A DNA stretch of 64,000 bases from Candidatus Acidiferrales bacterium. Lineage in GTDB: Bacteria; Acidobacteriota; Terriglobia; Acidiferrales; UBA7541. Shown piece after piece: positions 54,338 through 63,846 of the stretch. Under the pieces are notes generated by a model, which was not told where the DNA came from, made no database searches, and was given only the letters and a program-made list of their open reading frames with translations. The number at the start of each line of letters is the position of its first letter. The stretch's first letter is position 1. Where the stretch lies: NCBI GenBank assembly GCA_963792145.1, contig CAWBVH010000052.1:33916-97915 (forward strand). The letters run 5' to 3'. Made by a program: the position numbers and the translations under genes.

Positions 54338-56117
54338 ATGACGGCTGAATTCACACCCGGGCAACACATTGGCGATTATGAAATCCTTTCAATCCTCGGC
54401 GCCGGCGGCATGGGAAAGGTGTACAAAGTCCGCAACGTCATTTCCGATCGCATCGAGGCAATGAAGATTTTATTGCCCGACTTGCATTCGAATCAGAGTC
54501 TCGCCGATCGCTTCCTGCGCGAAATCCGCCTGTTGGCCACGTTGAACCATCCCAATATCGCGGCCTTGCGCACGGCGCTGACGCACGAAAATCAATTGGT
54601 GATGATCATGGAGTTCGTGGAAGGCGAAACGCTGTCCAACCGCATCGCGCGCGCTCCTATCTCTACATCCGAAGCGGTCAACTACGCCGACCAGGTTCTC
54701 TCGGCGCTCAGTTACGCGCACAAACAGAACATCATCCATCGCGACATCAAGCCGGCCAACATGATGCTGACGCCACAAGGAATTGTGAAGCTGATGGACT
54801 TCGGTATCGCGCGCTCGTCCACAGACGGCACACTCACTTCCACTGGCACCACGCTGGGCTCACTGAATTACATGCCACCGGAACAAGTGCGCGGTGAATC
54901 CGCCGACGCGCGTTCCGACATTTATTCGTTCGGTATTTCGCTGTACGAATTGCTCACCGGCAAATTGCCGTTCCACAGCGATTCGCAGTACTCGTTGATG
55001 ACCGCACATCTGAACGTAGTGCCCACGCCTCCGATTACCTTGCGGGACGATCTGCCCGCTTCGCTGAACGAAATTATTATGATGGCGATGGCCAAGGATC
55101 CGGCGGAGCGATTCCAGTCCGCGGATGCATTTCGTGCCGCACTGAAAACCGTTCCAGTGTCTCCGCTTCCCGTGGCCGACACCACGTTGACACCGACTCC
55201 GAAACCGGCAGCAACGCCGAAACCTTCCTCGGCCACGACCCTGGTGGAAACGCCGCTACCACCCCGTATATCCACGGTCGCCGCGCCATCGCGCACGCCC
55301 GCGTCTGTGCCCAGCGACGCCAGCCGCGCCGGTATCGACAGCGTCGCAGGTTCCGCCTCCCGTTGCTGCGCGGCCTTCCGGTGCCGGTCGAGGTGTGTGG
55401 CTGGCTCTTGGTGCTGTGTTGGGTGTAGGCGTTCTGATCGCCGCCGGCGTTTACATCCCACGGCGCATGGGTACGCATGCCGACCCGAGCAAGGCAGTCT
55501 TTACCGCGAACTCCGGCTCGACTGCGAGCAACGCCGCTACGCCGACGCCCGGCACGCCGTCCCCGGCAGATACCAAAACCACTCCCGACGCGCCGGTCGT
55601 TTCACTTCAGAGCGATCAGGGAAGTCTCCAGGTGGGTTCGGACGGAAATGTGTCTATGACTTCGCCTAAGGGCAGCATCCACGTGGACGCGAATACGGGT
55701 TCAGTGAAAATGTCGGGCAAAGTCGGATCGCTTGGCGTGCTTCCGCCGCGTGCGGCTAGTGCGGCCGTGGCGAATGGCAATCCAAAACCGTTCCACGACG
55801 GCGCCGCTCAGCAGGATGTCGCGCCCGCCCCTCCACCAGGGCCTTCGCCGGAAGAGCTGGCCAAGCTCGAAGACGAGGCCGACAAGCTGAATGTTCGCGC
55901 CGCGGCGGCTTCACAAAGCGTTGACACCCTGCGCAAGCAACAGGTGGCTGCGGGATATAACCTGCGGGCCGATATCGCGTCAGCGCAAGAGCGTATGCAG
56001 CTGTATCTGTCGAAAGGCGATGCCGCCCTGAAGGCTAATGACGCCGCCAACGCGCAAAAGTATTTTGATTTGGCGGACAAGGAACTCGACAAGATCGAGA
56101 AGTTCCTGGGGCACTGA
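54338..56117 (+). CDS. Hanks-type Ser/Thr protein kinase, single-pass membrane; apparent +1 frameshift at ~55311
   Basis: LGAGGMGKVY, AMK, HRDIKPAN, DFG, YMPPEQ, SDIYSFG. Pro-rich linker. Removing one C at 55310-55312 joins the TM helix (VWLALGAVLGVGVLIAAGVYI) and the extracellular domain of ORF 55395-56117. Confidence 0.88.
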
Positions 56118-56181
56118 GGCCGAGCATTCACGAGAGTGTCTTCTATTCATATTCACGGCCAAAGAGCCCAATGCCTGGGTT

Positions 56182-56222
56182 GAGATCCTTCGGGTCGCAA
56201 ACGCCGCGGTTCTCAGGATGAC
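56182..56222. repeat. GAGATCCTTCG...CTCAGGATGAC repeat copy
   Basis: GAGATCCTTCGGGTCGCAAACGCCGCGGTTCTCAGGATGAC. Termini match 1716-1756. Confidence 0.65.
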
Positions 56223-56356
56223 GGCGCGCTGCTGTGGCGAGGAACAGAGCAAACTGCGTCGCCCGAAAATTCCCACTAGTGACAGATCCCCAAAAAACGG
56301 GCAACCGGCTCCGTTAGCACTTTGACCGATTGCCCGCATCCGCTTATTTCTTCGTA

Positions 56357-56782
56357 TTAGTCCAGCACGTGGATATTTTTTTGGCGCAGATCTCCTTTAC
56401 ACTTTGCGCCATACGCTAACCGTCACTTCGCCAAGATGCGTTTTCCTGAGCAGCAGCATCATGGTGCGCTCCTGTCCGATTCCTCCGCCGATGCTCAGCG
56501 GGATTTCGTTCTTGATGATTCCCTGGTGATACGGGAATTTCAGGAAGTCCGTCTGGCCGGACATTTCCAGTTGCCTCTTCAGCGCGGCCCTCTTGCACTT
56601 GGTGGCCGCCTGGACGATCTGACCATCTACGGCGTGTTTGTTGTGATTGTTGATGATGTGAAACTGAATGGGCGTCTCCGGCCGGTCAGTGCGCTGCTGT
56701 AATCATTGGGCAGGACCTTTTCAAGCTGAGTGTAATTGCCGAAGCCCGGACCAGCCAGGACGGCCACTTTACTGTTCGCCAT
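56357..56782 (-). pseudogene. asnA: Aspartate-ammonia ligase pseudogene with two large internal deletions
   Basis: SD GGAGG and ATG 56782: [18 protein letters not shown]; second frame TPIQFHI...[15 protein letters not shown]|[17 protein letters not shown]...[23 protein letters not shown]; tail ..[16 protein letters not shown] is the AsnA C-terminal signature. Confidence 0.8.
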
Positions 56783-56862
56783 AAGGCACACCTCCACTGC
56801 TGCGACAGTGGGGCTTGAGCGCGCCGGGAGGCAGTGCACTCCGCACGGAAGCGTGTGCGCGC

Positions 56863-57396
56863 GAACCGGCAGAGATCTCTGAATTCGGCTTTCTGCAGAT
56901 TCGGCCGCTGGTTCTTTCGCGCGAAACCGAACACGATTCGCACCGCTTTGAACGCGGGCACAGCCAGGAAGTGGGGCGATTGGTTGCTTACTTCAACGCG
57001 AAGTTCGCCGGCGAGAATGCTCCTGCCTTCTGATTGGTGTGGGCCGCTGGGCTCGAATGAACCGTGGTTCGGCATTCCCGTGGCGTGGGACGAAATCCCC
57101 GGCGCGCGCGTGATCGTTGAGGAGGGCTTCCGCGACTTTCGCGTGACGCCTTCACAGGGACAGCCATTTTTTTTCAAAACCTTACTGCATTCCCGGTTGG
57201 ATATTTCATGGTCAATCCAGATCTCGGCAAGGGTTCCGTGGATTGGAAGTGGTTGTCGGCGCAATCTTGCGTGGAAGAGCGCTGCTGCGTGCGGCATCTG
57301 CGCTTCAGCAATCCATACGTGCTGACGAATGGGCGATCCAGCCAAGGGGTGATTTTCAAGCCTAATTCGATACCGGATGGCACTCCCGGAGGGTGA
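56863..57396 (+). pseudogene. C-terminal remnant of a PEP/pyruvate-binding-domain (PEP synthase-like) protein, several frameshifts
   Basis: Pieces across frames: FGFLQIRPLV; LIGVGRW/GSNEPWFGIPVAWDEI.GARVIVE; PSQG..FF/QNLTAF.VGYF.VNP; VRHLRF; GVIFKP. Confidence 0.65.
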
Positions 57397-57502
57397 TTAC
57401 TTTCTGAGACATTTAGCTATTGCACGCGGCAGAATTCCGCGTCAGACTGCTCCGCAGTAACCGGCCCTGTCCCCCCCGGTGAACTTGTAGCGCGCTCGGT
57501 CG

Positions 57503-58501
57503 ATGACGCTGCATCTTCCAATTCGCGGTGCGAGTTTGTTGCGGCCAGGAGTCGCCCTTTTCTGCCTGCTGGCCCCTCTGTCTCTCCGCTCCAATTTATC
57601 GGCGCAAGATCACGATGTGGCCGAAGCCGCGCGTCAACAGCAAGCCCAGAACTCGCAGCAGCCTACCACTCCTCACCATGTCTATACCGATGTAGATTTG
57701 AAGCGCGCGCGCATCCTCACGCCCGAAGACAAAAAGTTGGCCGAAGCACGCCGCAAAGAATTGCCCGTGCCGACTCCGGCAGCGAAGAAGCCGCCAGCTG
57801 TCGATGCGACGAACCCGCCGCCGGAATCGTTGGGCGAGGTTGCGCGCCGGTATCGCAAAGAAAAAGCCGCGCGTGAAGCGGAAGCGGCCGCGGCAAAGAA
57901 AGCCCCGGCTCCATTTCGAATTGAACTCCCGTCCAGCACCTTTGCCGAGCCAAAGCCCTCGGTTGCTCCGTTGCTCCCGCCTCCTAAGGTGGCAGCGCCG
58001 GTTGTCGTCGCACCTTCACCTTCACCTGCGCCACCGCACCGGTCCGCAGCGTCGTCCCGCGTTTCACCGTTTTCACCACGTCCGACGATGCCCTCTGCTG
58101 TATCGTTTCCGCCGAGCGTAAACCCATCGATGCTGCTGCCCAGTCGAGATTTCCAGCTACTTCAAGTGCGCCCCGGCGATTCCCTGTGGAGAATGGCTCG
58201 CCGCTATCTGGGTGATGGTGCGCGCTGGCCGGAACTTCTCATTTTGAACCCGGGCCTCGCCGCGCATCCGGACTCTCTGGCGGCCGGCAGCACAGTAGTC
58301 GTCCCTGCGGCGGTCGCATCAAGAACCGTGCGCGGCTCGGCGCCAATGATTACAGTTCAACCTGGCGACAGGCTATGGTCTCTCGCGCGGATTCATCTTG
58401 GCCGCGGTTCTGATTGGCAGCGACTTGCTCGTGCCAATCCGCAAATCTCCGATTACCTGCATTTGCAGGTCGGATCGCAACTGCAACTGCCGCCACAGTA
58501 G
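57503..58501 (+). CDS. Secreted Pro-rich protein with two C-terminal LysM domains
   Basis: Signal peptide, SLGEVARRYR, VRPGDSLWRMARRYLG.G..W..L..LNP and VQPGDRLWSLAR.HLG.G..W..L..ANP. Confidence 0.85.
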   Translation: MTLHLPIRGASLLRPGVALFCLLAPLSLRSNLSAQDHDVAEAARQQQAQNSQQPTTPHHVYTDVDLKRARILTPEDKKLAEARRKELPVPTPAAKKPPAVDATNPPPESLGEVARRYRKEKAAREAEAAAAKKAPAPFRIELPSSTFAEPKPSVAPLLPPPKVAAPVVVAPSPSPAPPHRSAASSRVSPFSPRPTMPSAVSFPPSVNPSMLLPSRDFQLLQVRPGDSLWRMARRYLGDGARWPELLILNPGLAAHPDSLAAGSTVVVPAAVASRTVRGSAPMITVQPGDRLWSLARIHLGRGSDWQRLARANPQISDYLHLQVGSQLQLPPQ

Positions 58502-58571
58502 CCGAAGGTTTTCCCACCTCATTCGCGTGAGCTTCGCTCCTCATTCCCGAACTGCGAGCGCTATCGGGCGC

Positions 58572-58604
58572 AAAACCCTCAGGCCTGAAGGCCTGAGCTA
58601 CAGG
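58572..58604. repeat. GTAG-type REP palindrome
   Basis: Minus strand GTAG-CTCAGGCC-TTCA-GGCCTGAG-GGTTTT, perfect 8-bp stem. Confidence 0.75.
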
Positions 58605-58631
58605 AGCCGACTACTGGCATGAAAGCCAGCT

Positions 58632-59319
58632 CTACATTTTCCCGAGCGACCAACTCAGAACTACCACTGGAGACGGCTGACTCGATTGATCGTCTTCCGG
58701 CCCGCTCAACCGGCCGGGCGCGGGATTCACACCGAGAAGCGAAAAAAACTGCCCTCCGCAAAACCGCAATTCACGATTTGCGATTCCCGCCCATCGCCTC
58801 GCATTTGCAGTGGTTTGTACGAAGACGCAATCAGCCCGGAAAACACATCACTGTGGCCGCGCATCCAGTGGTAGGTCTGCAAAGAAAAAGTATTGTCGTG
58901 AGCCTCATCCGGGGCCGGATAATGGTGCAGCAGCGCTACAAGTTGACGGGGGTCACGCACCGGAAGAGTCCGTAGCATCAACGTATTAATCAGACTGAAG
59001 ATGGTCGTGTTGGCACCGATTCCTAACGCCAGCGATAAACTCGTGAGAGCGGTGAACCCGGGATTGCGCCGCATGGTTCGTAGCCCGTAGCGGATATCCG
59101 CGAAGAACCTCTCGATGGCCGTCCAGCCCCACACAGCGCGGCTGTCTTCTTCTATTAATGTAGGTTGCCAAACTCGCGGCGGGCGGCGGCGGAGGCATCT
59201 TTCCGGGACATACCGCCGGCCACGAGTTCATCGATCTTTTCTTTAAGGTGTTCACGAATTTCCGCAGAGAGGTCGTCGTAGATCCGGCGCCGCGACAATA
59301 GTTGTCGGAACCAGCCCAT
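58632..59319 (-). pseudogene. Truncated, frameshifted ADOP-type ABC permease
   Basis: MGWFRQLLSRRRIYDDLSAEIREHL...ARREFGN, shift at ~59160, DIRYGLRTMRRNPGF...LALGIGANTTIFSL, shift at ~58745, LLGVNPAPGR...VVVLSW, stop. Only about a quarter of a full permease. Confidence 0.85.
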
Positions 59320-59372
59320 AGCTCACCCAGCGCTAACTACCCTTCATGAATCCGCATTCTCGTGCACAGACC

Positions 59373-61997
59373 TCACTCGTACCGCAATGCCACGATGGGG
59401 TCCACGCGCATCGCGCGCCGCGTGGGGATGTAGCACGCCATCAACGTGACCGCAGCCATCACCACGGCCACGCCTACATACGTGATGGGATCAAGCGGGC
59501 TGATGCCGTAGAGTTCGCTGGACATCAAACGCGTAACTAATAATGCGCCGATCAGCCCAACGGCTACTCCTGCTAGTGAGAATTTGGCCCCTTCTTTCAT
59601 GATCAGATACAGCACGTCGCCGCGCTGCGCTCCCAGCGCGATGCGCAGGCCAATCTCGCGCGTGCGCTGTGCGACCAAAAAGGAGAGAACTCCGTAAACG
59701 CCGATGATGCCCAGCAGCAGCGCCACGGCAGCGAAGGCAATAAACAGAGAGGTTGTGGATGCCGGTGCGGAGACGGCTTCGGAAACAACGGCGCCCATGG
59801 TTCGCACTTCGCTGACGGGAACCTCGTGGTTGAGCGTGGCGACGCTTTCACGCAACAAAGTTGCGAACTGCGAGTCATCCGAGGCGGTGCGGATGGCTAT
59901 GGTCATCTCGGACGGCATACGTCTATCTTCGAGAGTGGCCGCGGGATTGTAAGGTACGTACGCAGTTCCTTCGATCCACTTGGGAATGTTTCGCTGGAGA
60001 TCGTAAGCGCGAACATCAGAGATGACGCCAACGATGGTGCGCCAGTCCTTTTGGTCCACGAGTCTGATATGTTTGCCTACCGCGCTTTGATTGGGCCAAT
60101 AGCGCCGCGCAGTCTCCGCGGTCACGAGAGCGACCGGAGCACCCGAGGCGTCGGCATCCGTAAAGCCCCTGCCAGAGAGGATGGAGATGCCCATAACACG
60201 GAAGTACTCGGAAGTGACCATATTGAGCCAGAAGAGCGGAGCAATGTTGCCGGCGGGATCGACGAAGTTCTCGATTTCCAGCGAGCGCTTCGTCACTCTG
60301 CCGCCGAGGGGAAGAGTATTCACCAAGGCTGCGCCACTGACGCCGGGATAGGCTTGCACTTGATCGAGAACATTCCGATAGAACGCGACACAGCGCGCCG
60401 CATCGCCGCAGAACGATTGATTGGGTGTGATACGAGCGGTCAAGATGTGCTCGGAACGAAAGCCCGGGTCGACATGCGACAGCGCCCAGAAGCTTCGGAT
60501 CATGAGGCCAGCGGCAATGACCAGGAGCACAGCAAGCCCGATCTCCCCAACAACGAGTCCACTGCGCAGGCGATGTGACACGGAAACTGCGGTACCGCGC
60601 CCGCCGGATTTGAGCGATTCCACAAGAGCACCACGCGAAATATGCAGAGCAGGAGCCAAGCCCACAAGGATCCCCGTCAAGATCGCCAAGCCCCCGGTGA
60701 AGGCAAGCACCCGCCAATCCATGTGCACGTCCATCAAGCGCGGCGTGTCCGCGGGAAGCAACGACTTGAGCAAAGAGAGTCCCTCCGCCGCAAAAGCCAA
60801 CCCAAGCACTCCACCCAAGGACGCCAGCAGCACACTCTCCGTAAGAAGCTGCCGAATGATTCTTCGGCGACCCGCGCCCATCGCCGCGCGAATGCCGACT
60901 TCCTTTTCCCGGGTGGCGGCGCGAGAAAGCGTGAGATTGGCAACGTTGGTGCACGCGATCAACAGCACCAGCGCGACCGCCGCTAACAGCAGAAGCAAGC
61001 GCACTCGAATATCGGCGACCATACCATCCTGCAGCGGTACGACGCCGACGTCGGCATTCCAGCTTGCGGGCATTTGCCAGGGAAATAAGGCCCCCACGTG
61101 GGACTGGAAGATCCGAACTTCGGCCTGCGCCTGCTGAGGCGTAGCACCTGGACGAAGGCGCCCGATCACGGGCATGTAGTCGCTTGCCCAATAGTCGACA
61201 GTACTTCGCGGATCGTTGTGCAGCGGGATCCATATTTGTGCTTTTGTGGACGGGAAGCGAAAGTCAGGCGGCATCACACCAACTACCTGGCGGCCCACAC
61301 CGTCTAGCTCGATGGAGCGGCCAATAACGGATGGGTCAGATGCGAAGCGCTGCTGCCAGAGTGCATGGCTCAGAATCACGTAACTGTCCTGGCCAGGCTT
61401 GTCCTCCCCCTGCTCAAAGACTCGCCCCAGTTCTGGCTGCGTACCCAGGATCGAAAGTAGTTCCGCAGAGACCAAGGTGCCCGTGAGACGCACAGGTTCG
61501 CCCTGGCCGGTCAAGTTGAAGTCGTGACCTTCGGCATAGCCAGCCACGTACATGGTGCGCACCTGCTGGCTCATGGCCACCAGCCCGCCTCGGGGATACG
61601 CGCCAGTGATGCTGACCAGTTGATCGGCATGGGGATAGCGCAGCGGAACCAACAGGATTCCATTCACAAGGCTGAAAATCGCGGTGTTGGCACCAATGCC
61701 CAAAGCAAGTGTCAATACAGCAATCGCGGTGAAGACCGGAGATTTGCGCAATGTGCGCGCGCCGAAACGTACGTCAGCAAGGAAGCTCTCCAGCGAAGGC
61801 CATTGCCACACTTCGCGGCCTTCTTCTTCCGCCAGACTGACGTTGCCGAATTGCCGGCGAGCCGCCGCAGTGGCTTCCTTCCTGGACATGCCGCCCGCAA
61901 GCAATTCCTCGATTTTTTCTTCCAGGTGCTCGCGAATTTCTTCGGAGAGCTCGTCGTACACGCGGCGGCGCGAGAATAACTGCTGGATCCAACTCAT
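59373..61997 (-). CDS. ADOP-family duplicated orphan ABC permease (MacB/FtsX-like x2)
   Basis: ARRQFGN prefix domain, LALGIGANTAIFS, LLIACTNVANL, REKEVGIRAAMGA, RTREIGLRIALGA, RRAMRVDPIVALRYE. Confidence 0.93.
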   Translation of the reverse strand: MSWIQQLFSRRRVYDELSEEIREHLEEKIEELLAGGMSRKEATAAARRQFGNVSLAEEEGREVWQWPSLESFLADVRFGARTLRKSPVFTAIAVLTLALGIGANTAIFSLVNGILLVPLRYPHADQLVSITGAYPRGGLVAMSQQVRTMYVAGYAEGHDFNLTGQGEPVRLTGTLVSAELLSILGTQPELGRVFEQGEDKPGQDSYVILSHALWQQRFASDPSVIGRSIELDGVGRQVVGVMPPDFRFPSTKAQIWIPLHNDPRSTVDYWASDYMPVIGRLRPGATPQQAQAEVRIFQSHVGALFPWQMPASWNADVGVVPLQDGMVADIRVRLLLLLAAVALVLLIACTNVANLTLSRAATREKEVGIRAAMGAGRRRIIRQLLTESVLLASLGGVLGLAFAAEGLSLLKSLLPADTPRLMDVHMDWRVLAFTGGLAILTGILVGLAPALHISRGALVESLKSGGRGTAVSVSHRLRSGLVVGEIGLAVLLVIAAGLMIRSFWALSHVDPGFRSEHILTARITPNQSFCGDAARCVAFYRNVLDQVQAYPGVSGAALVNTLPLGGRVTKRSLEIENFVDPAGNIAPLFWLNMVTSEYFRVMGISILSGRGFTDADASGAPVALVTAETARRYWPNQSAVGKHIRLVDQKDWRTIVGVISDVRAYDLQRNIPKWIEGTAYVPYNPAATLEDRRMPSEMTIAIRTASDDSQFATLLRESVATLNHEVPVSEVRTMGAVVSEAVSAPASTTSLFIAFAAVALLLGIIGVYGVLSFLVAQRTREIGLRIALGAQRGDVLYLIMKEGAKFSLAGVAVGLIGALLVTRLMSSELYGISPLDPITYVGVAVVMAAVTLMACYIPTRRAMRVDPIVALRYE

Positions 61998-62335
61998 AGT
62001 TCACCCGGCGCCAGCACGCGGGTGATGCCGTCGAGCATCCTCTCGAAACGCGAAACCTCTCGCTCCAGATGCTTAGTTCCCGCGGCAGTGAGCTTGTAAA
62101 TCCGGACGCGGCGATTTGTGGAGGAAACGCCCCACTCCGCCTTAACCAATTCTTCCTTCAGAAGACGTTGCAGCGCTGGATACAGCGACCCTTCTTCAAT
62201 CTGCAACAAATCGTTGGAGGTCTGCTTGATGTACTGCGCCAGGGCGTAACCGTGTAGAGGCTGGCGCTTCAGGGTTCGCAGGATCATCATTTCCAGAGCG
62301 CCAGGAAAAAGATCTCGATGCTCGCGAGTCCTCAT
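61994..62335 (-). CDS. PadR-family transcriptional regulator
   Basis: GALEMMIL, LHGYAL, EEGSLYPALQRL, Y.LT.AG. ATGA overlap with the permease start. Confidence 0.93.
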   Translation of the reverse strand: MRTREHRDLFPGALEMMILRTLKRQPLHGYALAQYIKQTSNDLLQIEEGSLYPALQRLLKEELVKAEWGVSSTNRRVRIYKLTAAGTKHLEREVSRFERMLDGITRVLAPGEL

Positions 62336-62373
62336 GGGGGTTGCTCTCCAGACCACGACCGAGGGCATATTGG

Positions 62374-62419
62374 TCTAGGCCTAGAGCAAAATAGTATGCA
62401 CGACTCACGCTCCTGTCAA
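62374..62419 (-). promoter_or_regulatory. Sigma-70 promoter of padR with palindromic operator candidate
   Basis: Minus strand TTGACA-N17-TACTAT. Perfect palindrome TCTAGGCCTAGA (62374-62385) over the expected +1. Confidence 0.7.
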
Positions 62420-62898
62420 GCGAGAATTTCTTGCCGCGCGAACAGCGGATTTCGATAACTGTATTGATCCCGCCATCCTGCCGGAACTTTCTGGATGCGG
62501 ATTTCTAGATGTGGCGTTAGCCATCCGCGAAAAAGCGTTACTTACCCGATTGGTCAGCATCTTCCTGATGTACTCGGCCTCTGCTCCGATGAACAATTTC
62601 GCCACGCCAACGGGCAATCATATCGATCTTGGGCAATTGTCGGGGGAGGCAAATTCATTCGCGCGCCGCAGGGAATGGTAAGGCTGCTGGAAGGTATCCG
62701 CCAATCGCACCTTCCACCCGTTGGTCCATTCTCCGCCGAGTTGGCATTCAATGGTTTTGCCAACGACGTTTTGGGATGACCAAAGAGGGGGACATTTCTA
62801 ACCAGGCTGGGCACCTCCCCCGAATCTTCTCGACCCTGTCCTCTTCTGGTCGTAAGATAGCGCCGCATTCCATCTCCTGTTGGAGGGTCGCTCCGCCC

Positions 62899-63381
62899 AT
62901 GTCCGAACCTTCTTCCGTGACCGCGCGGATGCAGCGTCGCGCGGTATCCGCAACACTGACGGCTGGCCTGATCGCCGGAATCCTGGATATCACCGCAGCT
63001 TTCTTTGTGTATGGCCAGTACGGCGCCCAGCCAATACGAATCCTGCAAGGCATCGCCAGCGGAGTCCTCGGCCCCAATGCATACAGCGGCGGCTCGAAAA
63101 CCGCCGTGCTGGGGCTGGCTTTGCATTTCGTGATCGCTCTTGGCGCGGCCTCGGTGTTTTACGCGACGAGCCGCAAGCTGAGATTCCTTACCCGGCACGC
63201 GGTGACCTCCGGATTCCTGTTCGGTATCGCGGTTTACTTTTTCATGCAATATGTCGTGTTGCCTTCGTCCGCGTTTCACAAAGGCCCGTTCTCCATGTCG
63301 CTAATGCTCATCGGCATCGTCATTCACATGTTCTGCGTCGGATTGCCAATTGCACTTACCATCCGCCGCTTCCCCATCTGA
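62899..63381 (+). CDS. Conserved hypothetical four-TM membrane protein
   Basis: SD GGAGG, ATG 62899. GLIAGILDI, LQGIASG.LG..A..GG, LGLALHF, VY..M..VVLP, H...VGLPI. Confidence 0.75.
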   Translation: MSEPSSVTARMQRRAVSATLTAGLIAGILDITAAFFVYGQYGAQPIRILQGIASGVLGPNAYSGGSKTAVLGLALHFVIALGAASVFYATSRKLRFLTRHAVTSGFLFGIAVYFFMQYVVLPSSAFHKGPFSMSLMLIGIVIHMFCVGLPIALTIRRFPI

Positions 63382-63575
63382 GTCCTAGTCCGTCCGAGGT
63401 GCTGCGGAAGCACGCATTCCCCTCGCGCTGTCCCGCTCAGTCTTCTGTCAGAACACGCACTGCGGCTGCGGCGAATGCCGCTTTCAGGCCTGCCCAAATC
63501 CTTGGCTGGCCCGGACAACGCTTCTAACCTCTTCTTTTTCAATCATTGGCAATCTCTTTTCTCATTCCCCCGCTT

Positions 63576-63590
63576 TGGCCCCGGTCCTGC
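63576..63590 (+). promoter_or_regulatory. Possible sigma-54 promoter
   Basis: TGGCCCCGGTCCTGC = GG-N10-GC, preceded by an AT-rich tract, ~50 nt before SD AGGAG and ATG 63643. Confidence 0.3.
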
Positions 63591-63642
63591 GTTTTCTCGT
63601 TACGGGAGTCCCGGTTTTCCTCCAGCCGGTTTAGGAGATCTC

Positions 63643-63790
63643 ATGAATATTCCCACTCTGATTCGCAGCGATTGCTGTGCTGATGATCGGCGCGGTGGCC
63701 TTCGGCCTGACCAGGGCGGTGCGCTCGTACCTTCGCTATCGTGGCAAGCGCGTCGTCAATTGCCCCGAAACGGCAAAAGCATCCGGCGCT
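63643..63790 (+). pseudogene. N-terminal remnant of a membrane-anchored hypothetical protein
   Basis: MNIPTLI + (after a 1-base shift) AAIAVLMIGAVAFGL..YLRYRGKRVVNCPET, after which the sequence no longer looks like the same protein. Confidence 0.4.
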
Positions 63791-63846
63791 TGTCCCACTC
63801 CGTTCGCAATGATAGATTCGTCGCTTACCTCGCCCGGAGCCATGCC

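Noticed and set aside
62405-62800. ORFs 62495-62779, 62405-62617 and 62554-63279
   Set aside because: No motif, SD or coding-like pattern that I can support; possibly decayed DNA.
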